64,000 nt of DNA from Candidatus Caldarchaeum sp. (GCA_038844785.1 JAWBRA010000009.1:1-64000), one strand, 5' to 3'; numbered from the stretch's first letter, positions 37,988-49,039 are shown. The notes: generated from the sequence alone by a model not told the origin. Translations and numbers: made by a program.

Positions 37988-38218
37988 TCACCTCTTTTCC
38001 CTGAACCGGTAGATTATGAAGAAAAGAGCTCCGAGGAAGATGGCTCCAACGGCTGAGCCGGAGATATAGATGAACTGGTAAAGTTGGTTTATGGCTATCG
38101 TTTCAGGGGAAAGAGGTTTGAAAAGATTTCCGAAGTTTCCGACAACTAGCAAGGCCGCGAAAATGGTGAATATGATTCCTGCCAGCAAGATGTAATCAGA
38201 GGGCTTCAACTCAGCCAT
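37988..38218 (-). CDS. Small 2-TM protein resembling the N-terminal part of oxidase subunit II
   Basis: P.S..T.AINQLY...IFLGALFFIIYRFRE resembles the CoxB N-terminal helix region. Confidence 0.6.
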   Translation of the reverse strand: MAELKPSDYILLAGIIFTIFAALLVVGNFGNLFKPLSPETIAINQLYQFIYISGSAVGAIFLGALFFIIYRFREKR

Positions 38219-38702
38219 GCGAAAACACCTCTTCAGCCCTATTTTTGGTTTTTCCTACTACGACATAGGCAGCGGTTGCTGCAGCATATAAGGCCACTAC
38301 CGTAGCTGCCACAGCTTGATGGATTGCCACAACGATGGGCGGTAGCGCCGTGAAGATGACTAGAGCGCCCACTATGAAGACCTGTAGAAATAGGGTTGCA
38401 AAACCGGTGTAAACAAGCCTTCTTCCACCGTGAACGGCTGTTTTGCGGGCTGAGAGGAAGGCAGCCAGGCCGAGGACGAACGTCATAAAGGCTACTACTC
38501 TGTGACTGAATTCAAGAACTATAAACAAATCCGATTCTAACGGGCAAAGCGGCCAGTCGGGGCAAGCCAGCCCAGCGCCGACCTTGCTCACGTAGCTCCC
38601 CAAACCCATCGTCACCACAGCTAAAACAGCCGTCAGAAAAGTAAGGCTTGAAACAGCCGGCGGACGCATTGGTAAGCGTTTTCGTTTCGATAATTTATAC
38701 AT
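38211..38702 (-). CDS. ctaA: Heme A synthase (short 4-TM CtaA)
   Basis: GLACPDWPLC, EFSHR, IH. Start uncertain (38702 or 38669). Confidence 0.85.
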   Translation of the reverse strand: MYKLSKRKRLPMRPPAVSSLTFLTAVLAVVTMGLGSYVSKVGAGLACPDWPLCPLESDLFIVLEFSHRVVAFMTFVLGLAAFLSARKTAVHGGRRLVYTGFATLFLQVFIVGALVIFTALPPIVVAIHQAVAATVVALYAAATAAYVVVGKTKNRAEEVFSHG

Positions 38703-39582
38703 AGCTTGAAGCGACATCCCTCATGAACGTTTCCATATCGTTGACATACTGGTCTACTGACTTGTCGCCGAAATAGAGTACAAAGTAGGAGACTCCCAGA
38801 TCGTGATAATCTTCCAGAACCTCGGATACATAGTCTACGTTGCCTGAAAGGATTGCTCTCTCCTCGCCTAGCCTTGACTTAGTCAACCTTGGTGACTTTC
38901 CTGTGAAATCCACTGTAAGCCGTCCGGATATGACGAAACCGTCCTTGACCCTGACTTCATGAAGCCGTTGGGCCAGTTTATCTAACGGCATCCCTGTAAA
39001 ATGCCATCCTTCAGCCAAAGATAAAGCCCTGCTGAATGCTTTCTCGCTGTTTCCGCCAACCCATACAGGGGGGCCGCCGGCCTGGACCGGCTTGGGTTCG
39101 AAAACTCCCGCCTCGACGTTGTAGTAACGGCCTTTGAACGATACATCCCCTCCACGCCATAGAGTTTTGACAAGCTTGAGCGCTTCATCAAACCTTTTCC
39201 CCCTGTTGTTGAACCTCATGCTCAGGTTTTCGAACTCCTCCACACACCATCCGGCGCCGAAACCGGCTATGACCCTTCCACCGCTTAAAACATCGATAGA
39301 CGCCAGAGCTTTTGCCACCTGAACAGGCTCTCTCATCGGCAGTATGATGACCGAAGAACCTATCTTCACTTCTTCCGTCAAAGACGCGGCATACGCCATC
39401 GTCGTCAACGCCTCCAATATGTTTCCGTAGGGATATCTCTGGGATGGGGGTAGCAAAAGATGGTCTGTAGCCCATACAGAGTCGTACTCCATCTCCTCAG
39501 CCTCCTCCGCAACTCTTTTGACGGCTTCGCGTGAAAGATGTTTTCCGAAGTTAGGAAGGCAGACGCCGAAAACAGGCTTCAA
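38695..39582 (-). CDS. LLM-class (F420/FMN-dependent) oxidoreductase
   Basis: DSVWATDH, DVLSGGR..G.GAGW, PKPVQ..GPPVWVGG. Confidence 0.88.
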   Translation of the reverse strand: MKPVFGVCLPNFGKHLSREAVKRVAEEAEEMEYDSVWATDHLLLPPSQRYPYGNILEALTTMAYAASLTEEVKIGSSVIILPMREPVQVAKALASIDVLSGGRVIAGFGAGWCVEEFENLSMRFNNRGKRFDEALKLVKTLWRGGDVSFKGRYYNVEAGVFEPKPVQAGGPPVWVGGNSEKAFSRALSLAEGWHFTGMPLDKLAQRLHEVRVKDGFVISGRLTVDFTGKSPRLTKSRLGEERAILSGNVDYVSEVLEDYHDLGVSYFVLYFGDKSVDQYVNDMETFMRDVASSYV

Positions 39583-39584
39583 CC

Positions 39585-40934
39585 CTAACCACCCGCTGCT
39601 TTTTTCGCTATTGTGATGGCTTTACGTACCACTTCAACCGGGTCTTGGCCTAAAATAAGCGCCATCGGCTCCTTGCCAACGTCGCCGAGATGGTATATGA
39701 TGTCCGTGATGCCGCCTGCGTTTTTCACAGCCTCCTCCACACCCCAAGGAATAGTCATGCCCTCGACTCTCTTAATTTCTTCAGGTTCCTTTGCCCTATC
39801 GTAAAACGAGACGGAGAAGTTAGCGGCCTCAAAAGTTTTAAGAAGATTTTCATCAACCCGGATGTTCATTGCGCTTCTGATCGTCGGGTCGTGTTTCATC
39901 ACGGTTAAAACAGCTTTCGCAACATGTTTTGAGCCTCCGAACCACGGTTCCGAAACAGGCTTGAACCCGTCGCCCACTCTGACTATCCTGCCCGGTATCG
40001 AAGCAACATCTTCCACATCCGCGGCGTCCTCGAGAGCCATCACAAGGTTTGAACCTGATTCAGGTATTAGGCTGGCGAACTCGTCTACATCTTTAAGCAT
40101 TTCCAAGGCCCGCTTCAAGCTCTTCAAAGCCATCATCCTACATCCTTGCTCGTAAATCCATCCAGTAGGGTGTATTGGCCCGTATCCCTTTCCTAACGCC
40201 AACCCTCGTTTCACCGCCTCCACGACGAAACGCTGTGCCATCCTCACCGCATGTGGAATTTTGTGGCCTTTAGCCAAGTTGGCGGCTATGGCTGAGGCGA
40301 AGGAGCAGCCCGTGCCGTGTGTGTTTCTGGTCACTACCTTGTCCGACTCGAACATGTATGTGTTTCCGGCGTATAATAGAACGTCTACGGAGTTCGCCCC
40401 CATTAGGTGGCCTCCTTTCACAACCACTGCTTCAGGGCCTTTAGCTGCCAGTTTCTCAGCGGCGTAAACCATGTCCTCCGTCGACGATATCTCAACGCCT
40501 GTTAACAATGATGCCTCGTAAATGTTGGGTGTGACTACAGTGGCAAGCGGTAGCAGCTTCTCTACAAGCGTTTGGACAGCCTCGTCTCTCAGCAGCCTAG
40601 CTCCGCTCTTAGCCACCGCCACCGGGTCGACGACTATTGGAACGTTGGTTTTCGACAGCTCGTCCGACACTGCCTCGATTATCTCGCTGCTGAAAAGCAT
40701 GCCTGTTTTGACGGCGTCAACCCCTATGTCCTCAACCACAACCTTTATCTGCTCTCTGACGATCTCCGCGGGTATTGGCTGGATGGCGGTAACTTTCTCG
40801 GTGTTTTGAGCTGTTATGCAGGTTATGGCGGACATGCCGTGTACCCCGTGGGCTGCGAATGTTTTGAGGTCGGCTTGTATGCCCGCCCCGCCCCCGGAAT
40901 CCGAGCCGGCTACCGTTAAAACTCGTTTAACCAT
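39585..40934 (-). CDS. thiDN: Bifunctional ThiD-ThiN (HMP/HMP-P kinase plus thiamine-phosphate synthase)
   Basis: [22 protein letters not shown]; C-terminal IPE..SN, GRIV, GKEP. Confidence 0.92.
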   Translation of the reverse strand: MVKRVLTVAGSDSGGGAGIQADLKTFAAHGVHGMSAITCITAQNTEKVTAIQPIPAEIVREQIKVVVEDIGVDAVKTGMLFSSEIIEAVSDELSKTNVPIVVDPVAVAKSGARLLRDEAVQTLVEKLLPLATVVTPNIYEASLLTGVEISSTEDMVYAAEKLAAKGPEAVVVKGGHLMGANSVDVLLYAGNTYMFESDKVVTRNTHGTGCSFASAIAANLAKGHKIPHAVRMAQRFVVEAVKRGLALGKGYGPIHPTGWIYEQGCRMMALKSLKRALEMLKDVDEFASLIPESGSNLVMALEDAADVEDVASIPGRIVRVGDGFKPVSEPWFGGSKHVAKAVLTVMKHDPTIRSAMNIRVDENLLKTFEAANFSVSFYDRAKEPEEIKRVEGMTIPWGVEEAVKNAGGITDIIYHLGDVGKEPMALILGQDPVEVVRKAITIAKKAAGG

Positions 40935-40936
40935 GT

Positions 40937-42196
40937 TTAAGGATGTTGCGAGGTGTTATAAAAGGTGGTCTTTCCCTGTCTGACACCGAGGGAAGACCTT
41001 TCGCCGGCCGTGGTGTGGAAAAGGTGTTCAAGCATTTTCACGTAGGCCTCGGAAGGGGTTATACCTCTTCTAGCCATCATCCGCTTAGCTGTTGCTAACG
41101 CAGACTCGAGAAGAAGCTCGTTTTTCATGTTGGGCGAGTAGATGGTAAACGCTGGGACGTCTTCGGATACATGTCTGTAGAGATGGCTGGAAACCCCGAT
41201 GTTTAACCCGCCTGAAACCAAGCATCCGATGCTGGTTTTGACGTGGTCGCCGAAGAACGAGCCCACAAACTGTCTCCCAGTATCGACTTTTTTCCCGCAA
41301 ACATTCACCCTGACTGTTCCGTAGGTGTTTTTCAGGTTAGAGACTGTGGTCCCAGCACCCATGTTTACCCATTCACCTACTATGCTATGGCCGAGGTATC
41401 CGTAATGCCGCTTGTTGGAGTACCCTATGAATACTGAGCTTTCTACCTCTCCCCCAAGCCTGCATACCGGACCTACGCTGCATTCCGAGATTATTGAATG
41501 GGTGAAAACCATGGTTCCAGGCCCAATGTATGCAGGGCCCACGATTTTTGAGAAAGCCTGTACCACGACGTTTTCGCCAAGGACAACTGGGCCTTTGCCG
41601 CCGTCTATCAGAACGTGTTCTTCCAGCTCGACGTCTTTTCTACAGTATACTTTTCCCGAAACGCCTCTTCGCTTAAGCCGTTTCCCCGCAGCTTCTGCAG
41701 CGATGAGCTTTGGGCTCAGCTCCAGCAAATCCCACGGATAGGTTACTAGCTTGAGAGGTGTTTGTTTCTTTGTAGGGCATGCGGAGTTTATGATCTGCGT
41801 CGGGTCCCCTCCAGCAAGGCTATCAACCCATTCAGGATGGAGGGTTTTTCCGTCAAGCCGTGCAGCCGCAATCCTACCGTCCACAATTAAAGCTTCCCCT
41901 TTTCTCAAGCGGTTAACATATTTACTGGCTTCTAGGTCAAGAACCAGACATCCGTTAACGAAGATCAAATCCTCCTCCACAGGCTGCCTGTTGACAAGCG
42001 TTTTGGGATTTCTTTCACGGACAACTTCTCCGAGATACCTTCTTGTGAATAGGTAAACCGCTCGATTTTCCGATAGGTGTTTTAACATTTTATGGAGTAG
42101 TGTTGAGGTTCCGCAGAAGAGCTCGTAAACCGCCCTCGTATCGGTGAGAGGACCGAAGTTTTTAGCTGCCTGGTCTTCAAAAACGCAGAGGGCCAC
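40937..42196 (-). CDS. GlmU-like sugar nucleotidyltransferase/hexapeptide protein
   Basis: FGPLT.TR.VYEL.CG N-terminus; left-handed beta-helix with [18 protein letters not shown]. Confidence 0.8.
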   Translation of the reverse strand: MALCVFEDQAAKNFGPLTDTRAVYELFCGTSTLLHKMLKHLSENRAVYLFTRRYLGEVVRERNPKTLVNRQPVEEDLIFVNGCLVLDLEASKYVNRLRKGEALIVDGRIAAARLDGKTLHPEWVDSLAGGDPTQIINSACPTKKQTPLKLVTYPWDLLELSPKLIAAEAAGKRLKRRGVSGKVYCRKDVELEEHVLIDGGKGPVVLGENVVVQAFSKIVGPAYIGPGTMVFTHSIISECSVGPVCRLGGEVESSVFIGYSNKRHYGYLGHSIVGEWVNMGAGTTVSNLKNTYGTVRVNVCGKKVDTGRQFVGSFFGDHVKTSIGCLVSGGLNIGVSSHLYRHVSEDVPAFTIYSPNMKNELLLESALATAKRMMARRGITPSEAYVKMLEHLFHTTAGERSSLGVRQGKTTFYNTSQHP

Positions 42197-42201
42197 GACC
42201 T

Positions 42202-42780
42202 TTAAAAGAGTTGCTCGGAATTAAGCCTAACTTTAATGTCCATCAAAGTCAGCAAGCGTTCAACTCTCTCCCTTTCCTTTGACGACAGCCCGGTACCATA
42301 GTCTTCGGCAAGTTTTCTACCGTAGTAGGCGGTTGCGACGAAAGTCTCTGATTTACCCACGTACTCCATTAGTTCTTCAACCTCGGCTCCATGGAGAAAT
42401 ATGGTTAAGTCGTTGACAGCCAGAAACGCGGTCGGGTTTGCTGCGTACGTTTTAAAACATTTCCGAGCCTCCGCCACATTATGACTCACATACCTGAGCA
42501 CATCACCGGCGTTGCAGGCCATCAGCCTCGGCGCGTAGACTTTTGACGGCCTGCAATATCTAAAGATTCCAACGTCGATGTACTGTGTTATGGGGCCGCC
42601 AACGTCGCCTAGTTTCTGGGGCGCCAAGTCGATCACAGTTATTTCGGCAGGGTTGAGGTGTTTTGACAGGTCGTTCAACAGGGTTGCCAGCAGCCGTGTC
42701 TTCCCGGTTCCTGCCTCGCCGTAGATGATTGTCCGTTTAAAGAGGAGGTTTTTGACGTCAATACTCAAGCCTTCTGCCAA
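42202..42780 (-). CDS. Small P-loop NTPase, hypothetical
   Basis: GEAGTGKT Walker A; FLAVND Walker B-like. Confidence 0.75.
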   Translation of the reverse strand: MAEGLSIDVKNLLFKRTIIYGEAGTGKTRLLATLLNDLSKHLNPAEITVIDLAPQKLGDVGGPITQYIDVGIFRYCRPSKVYAPRLMACNAGDVLRYVSHNVAEARKCFKTYAANPTAFLAVNDLTIFLHGAEVEELMEYVGKSETFVATAYYGRKLAEDYGTGLSSKERERVERLLTLMDIKVRLNSEQLF

Positions 42781-43388
42781 ACCTTCGTCTTAGCGGGAAG
42801 TAGACGTTCAAGAACCCCGTATCTCTCCGCGGCAACAAGGAACAGGAATCCTGCGAAAGCTCCTGTCAAAGAGCTTATCGCCCATCCGCCCCAGAGGATG
42901 AGCAGCGCGGGGAAGAAACCAAAATTCTGTACGCTGCGAAGCATCGCCGCCGCCGGCCCGACTGCCGGGCCCACTGCTGGCGCGACAACAGTGAGGGCTA
43001 ACGTTCCCCCGATCAAAACTGTTCCGATGGGTTCTGCGAGTGCTGCGGCGTATCTAATTTTGGATGTGGTGAGACGTGAAACCAACATGTAGGCTAACCC
43101 TACGAGTATGGCTCCAGGTATGCCGCCAGGATAAGCGAATATCGTACCGGTTCCCAGCATAATCCTCACCGTGCCTATGATTGTTGCTATCACAGCGCCC
43201 CAGAAGGGGCCGAGCAGGATGCCTGAAAGAACGTTTATGAAGTGTTGTCCGGGAAAGGCTCTCGACCCCAGCCATTCAAACATCATTGGGGATATTACGA
43301 TGCCTAAGGCGCTTAAGGCTGATGCGAGCGCAACTTTCTTCGTTGTCTCTGTTCGTGACATTTCGATGTTATTAGACGCCGTCATCAT
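42765..43388 (-). CDS. thiW: ECF-type thiazole transporter S component
   Basis: AFPGQHFINV, IIGTVRIMLGTGT.FAYPG, EPIGT. Confidence 0.88.
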   Translation of the reverse strand: MMTASNNIEMSRTETTKKVALASALSALGIVISPMMFEWLGSRAFPGQHFINVLSGILLGPFWGAVIATIIGTVRIMLGTGTIFAYPGGIPGAILVGLAYMLVSRLTTSKIRYAAALAEPIGTVLIGGTLALTVVAPAVGPAVGPAAAMLRSVQNFGFFPALLILWGGWAISSLTGAFAGFLFLVAAERYGVLERLLPAKTKVWQKA

Positions 43389-43412
43389 ATAAGCATAGTG
43401 ATAAGTCGCTTA

Positions 43413-43826
43413 TTACCACACCCAGAAGCGGCTCGTCAAATAGTTAACAACCGTTCCCACAACAACCGCTATCAGGTTTGATACTAGGTAATATAGTCCG
43501 GCAAAGTCCGTCAAAAGGTAGAGGGTCAAGAGGCTTGTGGCCGCGCCCAAAAGCCTCGAGCCGTGGAACTTAAGCATCCTTTTTAAAAAGCCGCTCTTGC
43601 CTGCTCTGTCACGGAACGTCCAGTACTCGTTGAGCATGAAGTTGTTTATTATCGCGGCCTCCATAGCGAAGACCGCTGAAACCATGTAAAGCTTTTCGCC
43701 GAAGACGTACGTCGTCAGCAAGTAAAGCATTGCTGTGTTGATTAAGAGTCCTACACCCCCCACGACCGCGAACTTGAAGAACCTCACAGGCTCGAAAAGG
43801 TTGAGAAGGTTTCTTAACATTCCCAT
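43413..43826 (-). CDS. GtrA family protein
   Basis: KFAVVG, NNFMLNEYWTFRD, 4 TM. Confidence 0.88.
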   Translation of the reverse strand: MGMLRNLLNLFEPVRFFKFAVVGGVGLLINTAMLYLLTTYVFGEKLYMVSAVFAMEAAIINNFMLNEYWTFRDRAGKSGFLKRMLKFHGSRLLGAATSLLTLYLLTDFAGLYYLVSNLIAVVVGTVVNYLTSRFWVW

Positions 43827-43832
43827 TTGTTT

Positions 43833-44921
43833 TCACTCCAAGTAGCTGGACAGCTTACTCTGCCCTAGACGCTTTTTAAGTCCTGAAAACCTCACACCAG
43901 CCCTTCGAAGGACCATCCCCCCATCCTCCTGCAAAAGTTCTTCGAAAAGTTGTTTAACAGCCTTCATTGTCTCCTCAAAATGTGCTCCGGGCCTTATTTG
44001 TGTTTGCCTAGTGACCGTTCTGAGGTCGGCTGTGATGGCTACAATCCCAACTTTCGTTGCCTCGAGGCTGTATGTTTCAAGCCTTGCTAAGACGACGTTC
44101 ACAACAGGAGCTAGCGCAGAAACTATTTCCTCTAGGTCTTTGGTGTTCCTCTTTAAAGTTATAATCTTGCTCACCTGCTTCACGGTTCCCTTCTCTTGTA
44201 TGGGTTCGTCGAACTCGCCGCGGGATGCAAGATAGATGTAGCGGGCCTTCTTGGGGCCGAAAAGCTTTTCCAAGACTTCTATGGGCTGGGCGGCTAGGTC
44301 GCCTATTGTTTTAACCCCCATGTCCTCCAGTAAAGCCTCGGCTTTAACGCCTATGCCGGGAAGGGCTGAGACTGGCAACGGCTTGAGAAAATCTAACACC
44401 TCCTCCGGCCTAACAGTTTTCAAGCCGTCGGGCTTGGCTGAATCGGCTGCAATCTTAGCAACCACTCTGTTGGGTGCTATACCTATACTGCATTTCAAAC
44501 CCATTTTGTCCCTTAGCTCTTTCTTCAGCTCTATGGCCAGCTCCTCCGCTTTTTTGAAATCCTTCCCTACAACCTCTGTGATATCCATGACGGCTTCGTC
44601 AATGCTTTCAACACGCACTCTGTCGGTGTACTTTTCAAGCATTGCCATCACCTGCCTCGAGACCGCTGCATAGTGTTCCAGCCTGACGGGAAGGTAGACC
44701 GCGTCGCTTGGGAGAAGATGTTTTGCCCTTTTTATCGGCATCCCGGCCTTAACCCCGTATTTTCTTGCTAGGTAGTTGGCTGAGCTGACGACACCGCTGT
44801 CCTCAGTTCTTCCAGAATAAACGCATACAACTAGAGGCCTGATTCTGTAGGAAGGGTTTTCAACCTCCTCTACCTGTGCGAAAAAGTAGTCGAGGTCCAT
44901 GAACAAAACTATTTTGCTCAA
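43833..44921 (-). CDS. dinB: DNA polymerase IV (Y family, Dpo4/DinB)
   Basis: DLDYFFAQVE, ANY.AR..GV, SIDEA, AKIAAD..KP. Confidence 0.93.
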   Translation of the reverse strand: MSKIVLFMDLDYFFAQVEEVENPSYRIRPLVVCVYSGRTEDSGVVSSANYLARKYGVKAGMPIKRAKHLLPSDAVYLPVRLEHYAAVSRQVMAMLEKYTDRVRVESIDEAVMDITEVVGKDFKKAEELAIELKKELRDKMGLKCSIGIAPNRVVAKIAADSAKPDGLKTVRPEEVLDFLKPLPVSALPGIGVKAEALLEDMGVKTIGDLAAQPIEVLEKLFGPKKARYIYLASRGEFDEPIQEKGTVKQVSKIITLKRNTKDLEEIVSALAPVVNVVLARLETYSLEATKVGIVAITADLRTVTRQTQIRPGAHFEETMKAVKQLFEELLQEDGGMVLRRAGVRFSGLKKRLGQSKLSSYLE

Positions 44922-44981
44922 CCCCTACAAACCACGTTAAAGACGTATAAATTCATGTTTCTAGTATTGTTCTGTGTAAAA

Positions 44982-45941
44982 ATGGCTAGGGTTGCTGTTG
45001 CTAAGGGAAAGGAGCTTATGATGTACAGCTTCCCAGAACCTCATCCGCTCAACAAGATAAGGCTTGAACGGTTTTATGAGCTGCTGGGCAGGGAAGAATC
45101 GGTTGTTAAAAACGTCGGCTTCGTAAAACCCGTCAAAGCCGGTTACGATGAGATTGTTCTTTTCCACACCGAGAAGTATGTTAGGTTTGTGGAGGAGAAG
45201 TGTAGACAGGGCTATGGCTATTTGGACTACGGTGACACTCCGGCCTTTCCCGGCTGTTTTGAAGCAGCGTCATACGTTGTTGGAACAACTCTGGACGTTT
45301 TGAAGAGGATACTGAGAGGGGAGTTTGCAGCCGGCTTCAATCCTATGGGCGGGCTTCATCACGCCCGACGTGATAGGGCAGGTGGTTTCTGCATTTTTAA
45401 CGACGCAGCCGTTGCAATCGAATACCTGCTGAAGGTCGAGCGGGTCAACAACGTAGCCTACGTAGACATAGACGCCCATCACGGCGATGGTGTCTGCTAC
45501 GACTTCTACAGCGATGAACGCGTTATATACGCCGACATCCATCAGGATGGGAGAACACTTTACCCGGGAACAGGTTTTAGGCATGAGACCGGCGAGGGAA
45601 GGGCTAAAGGTAGAAAGCTAAACATACCTCTACTGCCTTTCTCGGGGGACGGCGAGTTCTTCAAAGCATTCGAGGAGGTTGAAAACTTTCTCAGACAGTT
45701 TGAGTTTGATTTTCTCTTGCTTCAATGTGGTGCTGACGGACTTTTAGGCGACCCTCTGACAAACCTACAGTACTCTCCAGAGACACATCTTCACGCCGCC
45801 ACGTTTCTGAAGAAAATCGCCGAGGAAAAATGTGATGGTAAAATCTTAGCCATGGGGGGAGGCGGCTACAATCCAGACAATGTCGCGAGAGCGTGGACAG
45901 CGGTCGTGAAAGCCCTTGCCCATGAGAGTGAACATAGGTAA
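44982..45941 (+). CDS. Histone deacetylase/AcuC family deacetylase
   Basis: GGLHHA, GFC.FND, DIDAHHGDG, GAD...DPL, GGGGY. Confidence 0.92.
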   Translation: MARVAVAKGKELMMYSFPEPHPLNKIRLERFYELLGREESVVKNVGFVKPVKAGYDEIVLFHTEKYVRFVEEKCRQGYGYLDYGDTPAFPGCFEAASYVVGTTLDVLKRILRGEFAAGFNPMGGLHHARRDRAGGFCIFNDAAVAIEYLLKVERVNNVAYVDIDAHHGDGVCYDFYSDERVIYADIHQDGRTLYPGTGFRHETGEGRAKGRKLNIPLLPFSGDGEFFKAFEEVENFLRQFEFDFLLLQCGADGLLGDPLTNLQYSPETHLHAATFLKKIAEEKCDGKILAMGGGGYNPDNVARAWTAVVKALAHESEHR

Positions 45942-46500
45942 GAAGGGCGTAAGATGCTTAGGGATAGCTGAAAGCTTCAGGAAGGAAATCGGAAGCAAAG
46001 CCATGCTAGCCGGCGTAGTTATGCGCTCAGACCTACTGGTAGACGGGCTGGTGCTCAACAGCTGCACCGTCGGCGGCATGGACTCAACAGACTCGATAAT
46101 ATCGATGTGGAAAACCTTGGACAGAGACGACATAAACTTCATTCTCCTGGGGGGGAGTGTGATAAGCTGGTTCAACGTTGTAAACCTACGGCAGCTATAC
46201 GAAGCAACCTCAACACCCCTCATCTGCATAACCTACAGGGAGTCCGACGGGTTGGATGAGGTGTTTAAAAAAAGGTTTCCCGATGACTGGATGCAAAGGC
46301 TTGAAATCCACAGAGGAAACGGCGAAAGGCTCCCTGTTATCCTGAAGACAGGATACAAACTTTTTGTACGATGCTTTGGGATTGATGTCGATGATGCTAA
46401 GAAACTGCTTGATAAATTTACTCTCGAAGGCCGGTATCCTGAGCCCGTGCGTTTAGCGAAAATGTTGGCGCGGAGTGTTTTGAGGCTCAAACAATTTTAA
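45916..46500 (+). CDS. DUF99 family (endonuclease V-like) protein
   Basis: LGIAES, TVGGMD.T, FNVV, PEPVRLA. Confidence 0.82.
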   Translation: MPMRVNIGKKGVRCLGIAESFRKEIGSKAMLAGVVMRSDLLVDGLVLNSCTVGGMDSTDSIISMWKTLDRDDINFILLGGSVISWFNVVNLRQLYEATSTPLICITYRESDGLDEVFKKRFPDDWMQRLEIHRGNGERLPVILKTGYKLFVRCFGIDVDDAKKLLDKFTLEGRYPEPVRLAKMLARSVLRLKQF

Positions 46501-47545
46501 GCCTCTCCTTGACCGTAGTCGCGGGCGTGCTCACGAATGCTGGAAAACCATCTGCAGTCACTTCAACGCCTTTCTCAAGCACTGTTTTCTCGCATAAAAT
46601 CGAGTTATGAAGCTTTGAGCCGGGACCTACGTAGCAGTCCTCTAAAATCACGCTGGTTTTAACAACGCTCCCGGCAGCTATTTTCACACCCCCGCAGATC
46701 ATTGTCGGCCCCTCGACCACACAATTGTCTTCGATCACGGTTCCTTCGCCTATTATGAGAGGGCCTTTTAGCGAAACCTTGTCTCCAAAGTAGGCTTTTT
46801 GTTCAACCATCACTCCGCTGCCTAAAAGCTTGCCGATGTAGGCTTGGTTGGCCGCGAGGTAGTCAGCCGGTCTACCTATGTCAAACCACCATCCCTTCTC
46901 CAAAAACATCACACCTATCCTCACCCCCCTAGCCACAAGGCTGTTCAGAGCGTCTGTAAGCTCTATTTCACCCCTTACGGAGGGTGTTGTTTTATCCAGC
47001 TCTTCGAAGACGGCGCCGCCGAGTATGTATATTCCAGCGTTGACTGGGCCGGGGAGTTTTCTTTTTTCCACAACCCTATTCAGCAACCCATCTCTTGTTT
47101 CAACCACGCCGTAGGCTCCGGTTTCGTCAACTTCAACAGCCGCCAACACGCCATCAAGTTTACTTTGTTTAAAGAAATCTAGAAGCGCGGTCAAAACCTC
47201 TGGAGTGAGGGTTATGTCGCCGTAAACAACGAGAAAATGGTCTTCCCCAGCTAGAAAACCCATGCATTCTCTAAGGGCCGCTCCCGTGCCCATGATTTTC
47301 TCCTGGTATATGTACTCCAGCTTAACATCGTCAAACTTTTTCAACGCCCTCACGATTTCCTCGGAGCGGTATCCAAGCAGGATACCTATCTCGGCTATAC
47401 CGGCTTTAACTAAGGCTTCTACGGTGTGGCTGATGAGAGGTTTACCAGCCAACGGCAGGACGTGCTTAGGCCTGCCGGCCGTGAGAGGCATCAACCTCTT
47501 TCCATAACCAGCGGCCAGGATTACCGCCTTCAACCCAGAATCCAT
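46487..47545 (-). CDS. Sugar-phosphate nucleotidyltransferase
   Basis: ILAAGYGKRL.PLT..RPK, YGD, RGEIELTD, C-terminal beta-helix. Start set at MDSG. Confidence 0.88.
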   Translation of the reverse strand: MDSGLKAVILAAGYGKRLMPLTAGRPKHVLPLAGKPLISHTVEALVKAGIAEIGILLGYRSEEIVRALKKFDDVKLEYIYQEKIMGTGAALRECMGFLAGEDHFLVVYGDITLTPEVLTALLDFFKQSKLDGVLAAVEVDETGAYGVVETRDGLLNRVVEKRKLPGPVNAGIYILGGAVFEELDKTTPSVRGEIELTDALNSLVARGVRIGVMFLEKGWWFDIGRPADYLAANQAYIGKLLGSGVMVEQKAYFGDKVSLKGPLIIGEGTVIEDNCVVEGPTMICGGVKIAAGSVVKTSVILEDCYVGPGSKLHNSILCEKTVLEKGVEVTADGFPAFVSTPATTVKERLKIV

Positions 47546-47576
47546 TATAACCAGCTCAATATAACAATAGCAGGAC

Positions 47577-48596
47577 ATGGTGCTGTACCTGATTGGCGGA
47601 GGTCTTGGGGGGAAAGGCTCCCTGACCAACGACGCCGAGGAAGCGTTAAGAGAGTGCGACATAGTGTACGTAGATACTTACACGAGCATGTGGAGTGAAG
47701 ACTTCCTTCAATATGTGAAAGATATCGTTAAGAAGATGGTGGTAGCTGATCGCAAGATTCTTGAGGATGGGGCTAACAGTATTGTAAACGAGGCGTGCAG
47801 CAAACTTGTTGGGGTGCTTACCCCTGGCGACCCGTTGATAGCTACGACGCACGCAGCCCTGTGGGCGCTGGCCGTCCGCAAAAACGTGGGTGTGAAGATA
47901 ATTAACGGCGTCTCGATAATTTCGGCTGCAATCAGCGTCTCAGGCCTTCACGTCTACAAATTCGGAAAGATAGCGACAGTACCGAAGGCTGACGAGGTCG
48001 AAATGTATGTTCAGCCTTTGCTGACACTCGAGGAAAACCTGTCAAGGGGGCTGCATACTCTGTTTCTTCTGGACACAGCAGAAGGTGGGCTTACTGCATG
48101 CGCAGCTGTTGAAAACCTGCTGCAAGCAGCCAGGCGGATGGGGCGAGAAGTATTTAGAGACGATATGCTGTCGATTGTAGTCGCTAAGCTTGGTTCGGAA
48201 GATGCTTTGGTAAAAGCATGCTTGGCCAAGGATATAGTGGGTCTGAGCCTCCCACCGCCTCCACACTGTCTTATAATACCCTCAAGCCTACATTTCTCTG
48301 AGCGTGAAATAGTGAAAACATATGCGGTGAGCCCTGAGGTTTTGGACAAAGCCGCGGCCGTGAACCCGTTCGTCGGCAGGGTAAGCAAGTACGTCGAAAA
48401 ATGCAGGACAGTCTTAAAATACGTATCCAGGCGCAAGAGTTTAGAGGAATATGTTAATTACGTAAGAAGTTACGTTGATGATGCGGAGAAATTCATGCAG
48501 TCGGGCGACATGATGAATTCGCTGCTTTCCATAGGATATGCCGAAGGGCTGCTGGACGCGTTGAGGCTTATGAAGGAGGTGGATTTTAAGTGGTGA
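47577..48596 (+). CDS. dph5: Diphthine synthase fused to a DUF357-like domain
   Basis: DTYTS, GDPLIATTH, YKFGK, GLHTL.LLD; C-terminal YVDDA..F...GD...L..IGYAEGLLDA. Confidence 0.9.
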   Translation: MVLYLIGGGLGGKGSLTNDAEEALRECDIVYVDTYTSMWSEDFLQYVKDIVKKMVVADRKILEDGANSIVNEACSKLVGVLTPGDPLIATTHAALWALAVRKNVGVKIINGVSIISAAISVSGLHVYKFGKIATVPKADEVEMYVQPLLTLEENLSRGLHTLFLLDTAEGGLTACAAVENLLQAARRMGREVFRDDMLSIVVAKLGSEDALVKACLAKDIVGLSLPPPPHCLIIPSSLHFSEREIVKTYAVSPEVLDKAAAVNPFVGRVSKYVEKCRTVLKYVSRRKSLEEYVNYVRSYVDDAEKFMQSGDMMNSLLSIGYAEGLLDALRLMKEVDFKW

Positions 48597-49039
48597 AGCA
48601 AAAAGTTGTCCTTACCACAGGAGCCTTCGACATACTTCACCTAGGACATATGAAGATGTTTTCCGACGCGAAGAAGATCGGCGGACCTAGGTCAAAGCTC
48701 GTCGTCCTGGTTGCGTCTGACAAGACGGTTTTGAAGAATAAGCGGAGGCCGCCTGTGTTCGCGGCCAGAGAGCGTAAGAAAATGGTAGAGTTCTTGAAGC
48801 CTGTCGACGAGGCGATTGTGGGCTACGACCCGCTGTCCTTCGAGAAGGTGCTGAAAAAAGTTAAACCTGACATCGTGGCTTTCGGCTACGACCAGACAAG
48901 AATAAAGAAAGCATTCTTGAAATTCTGCAGAGAACGAGGGCTGAAGATAAAGGTTGTTACTCTGAGAAAGCATAAAGTCAACCCTATGAGCAGCAGCGAC
49001 GTGCTAAGACGTATCCTGCGTAGAAGATTGAGAAGTTAA
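48590..49039 (+). CDS. ribL: FAD synthase (cytidyltransferase fold)
   Basis: GAFDILHLGH, PDIVAFGYDQ, SSS; convergent with ribK. Confidence 0.78.
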   Translation: MVKQKVVLTTGAFDILHLGHMKMFSDAKKIGGPRSKLVVLVASDKTVLKNKRRPPVFAARERKKMVEFLKPVDEAIVGYDPLSFEKVLKKVKPDIVAFGYDQTRIKKAFLKFCRERGLKIKVVTLRKHKVNPMSSSDVLRRILRRRLRS

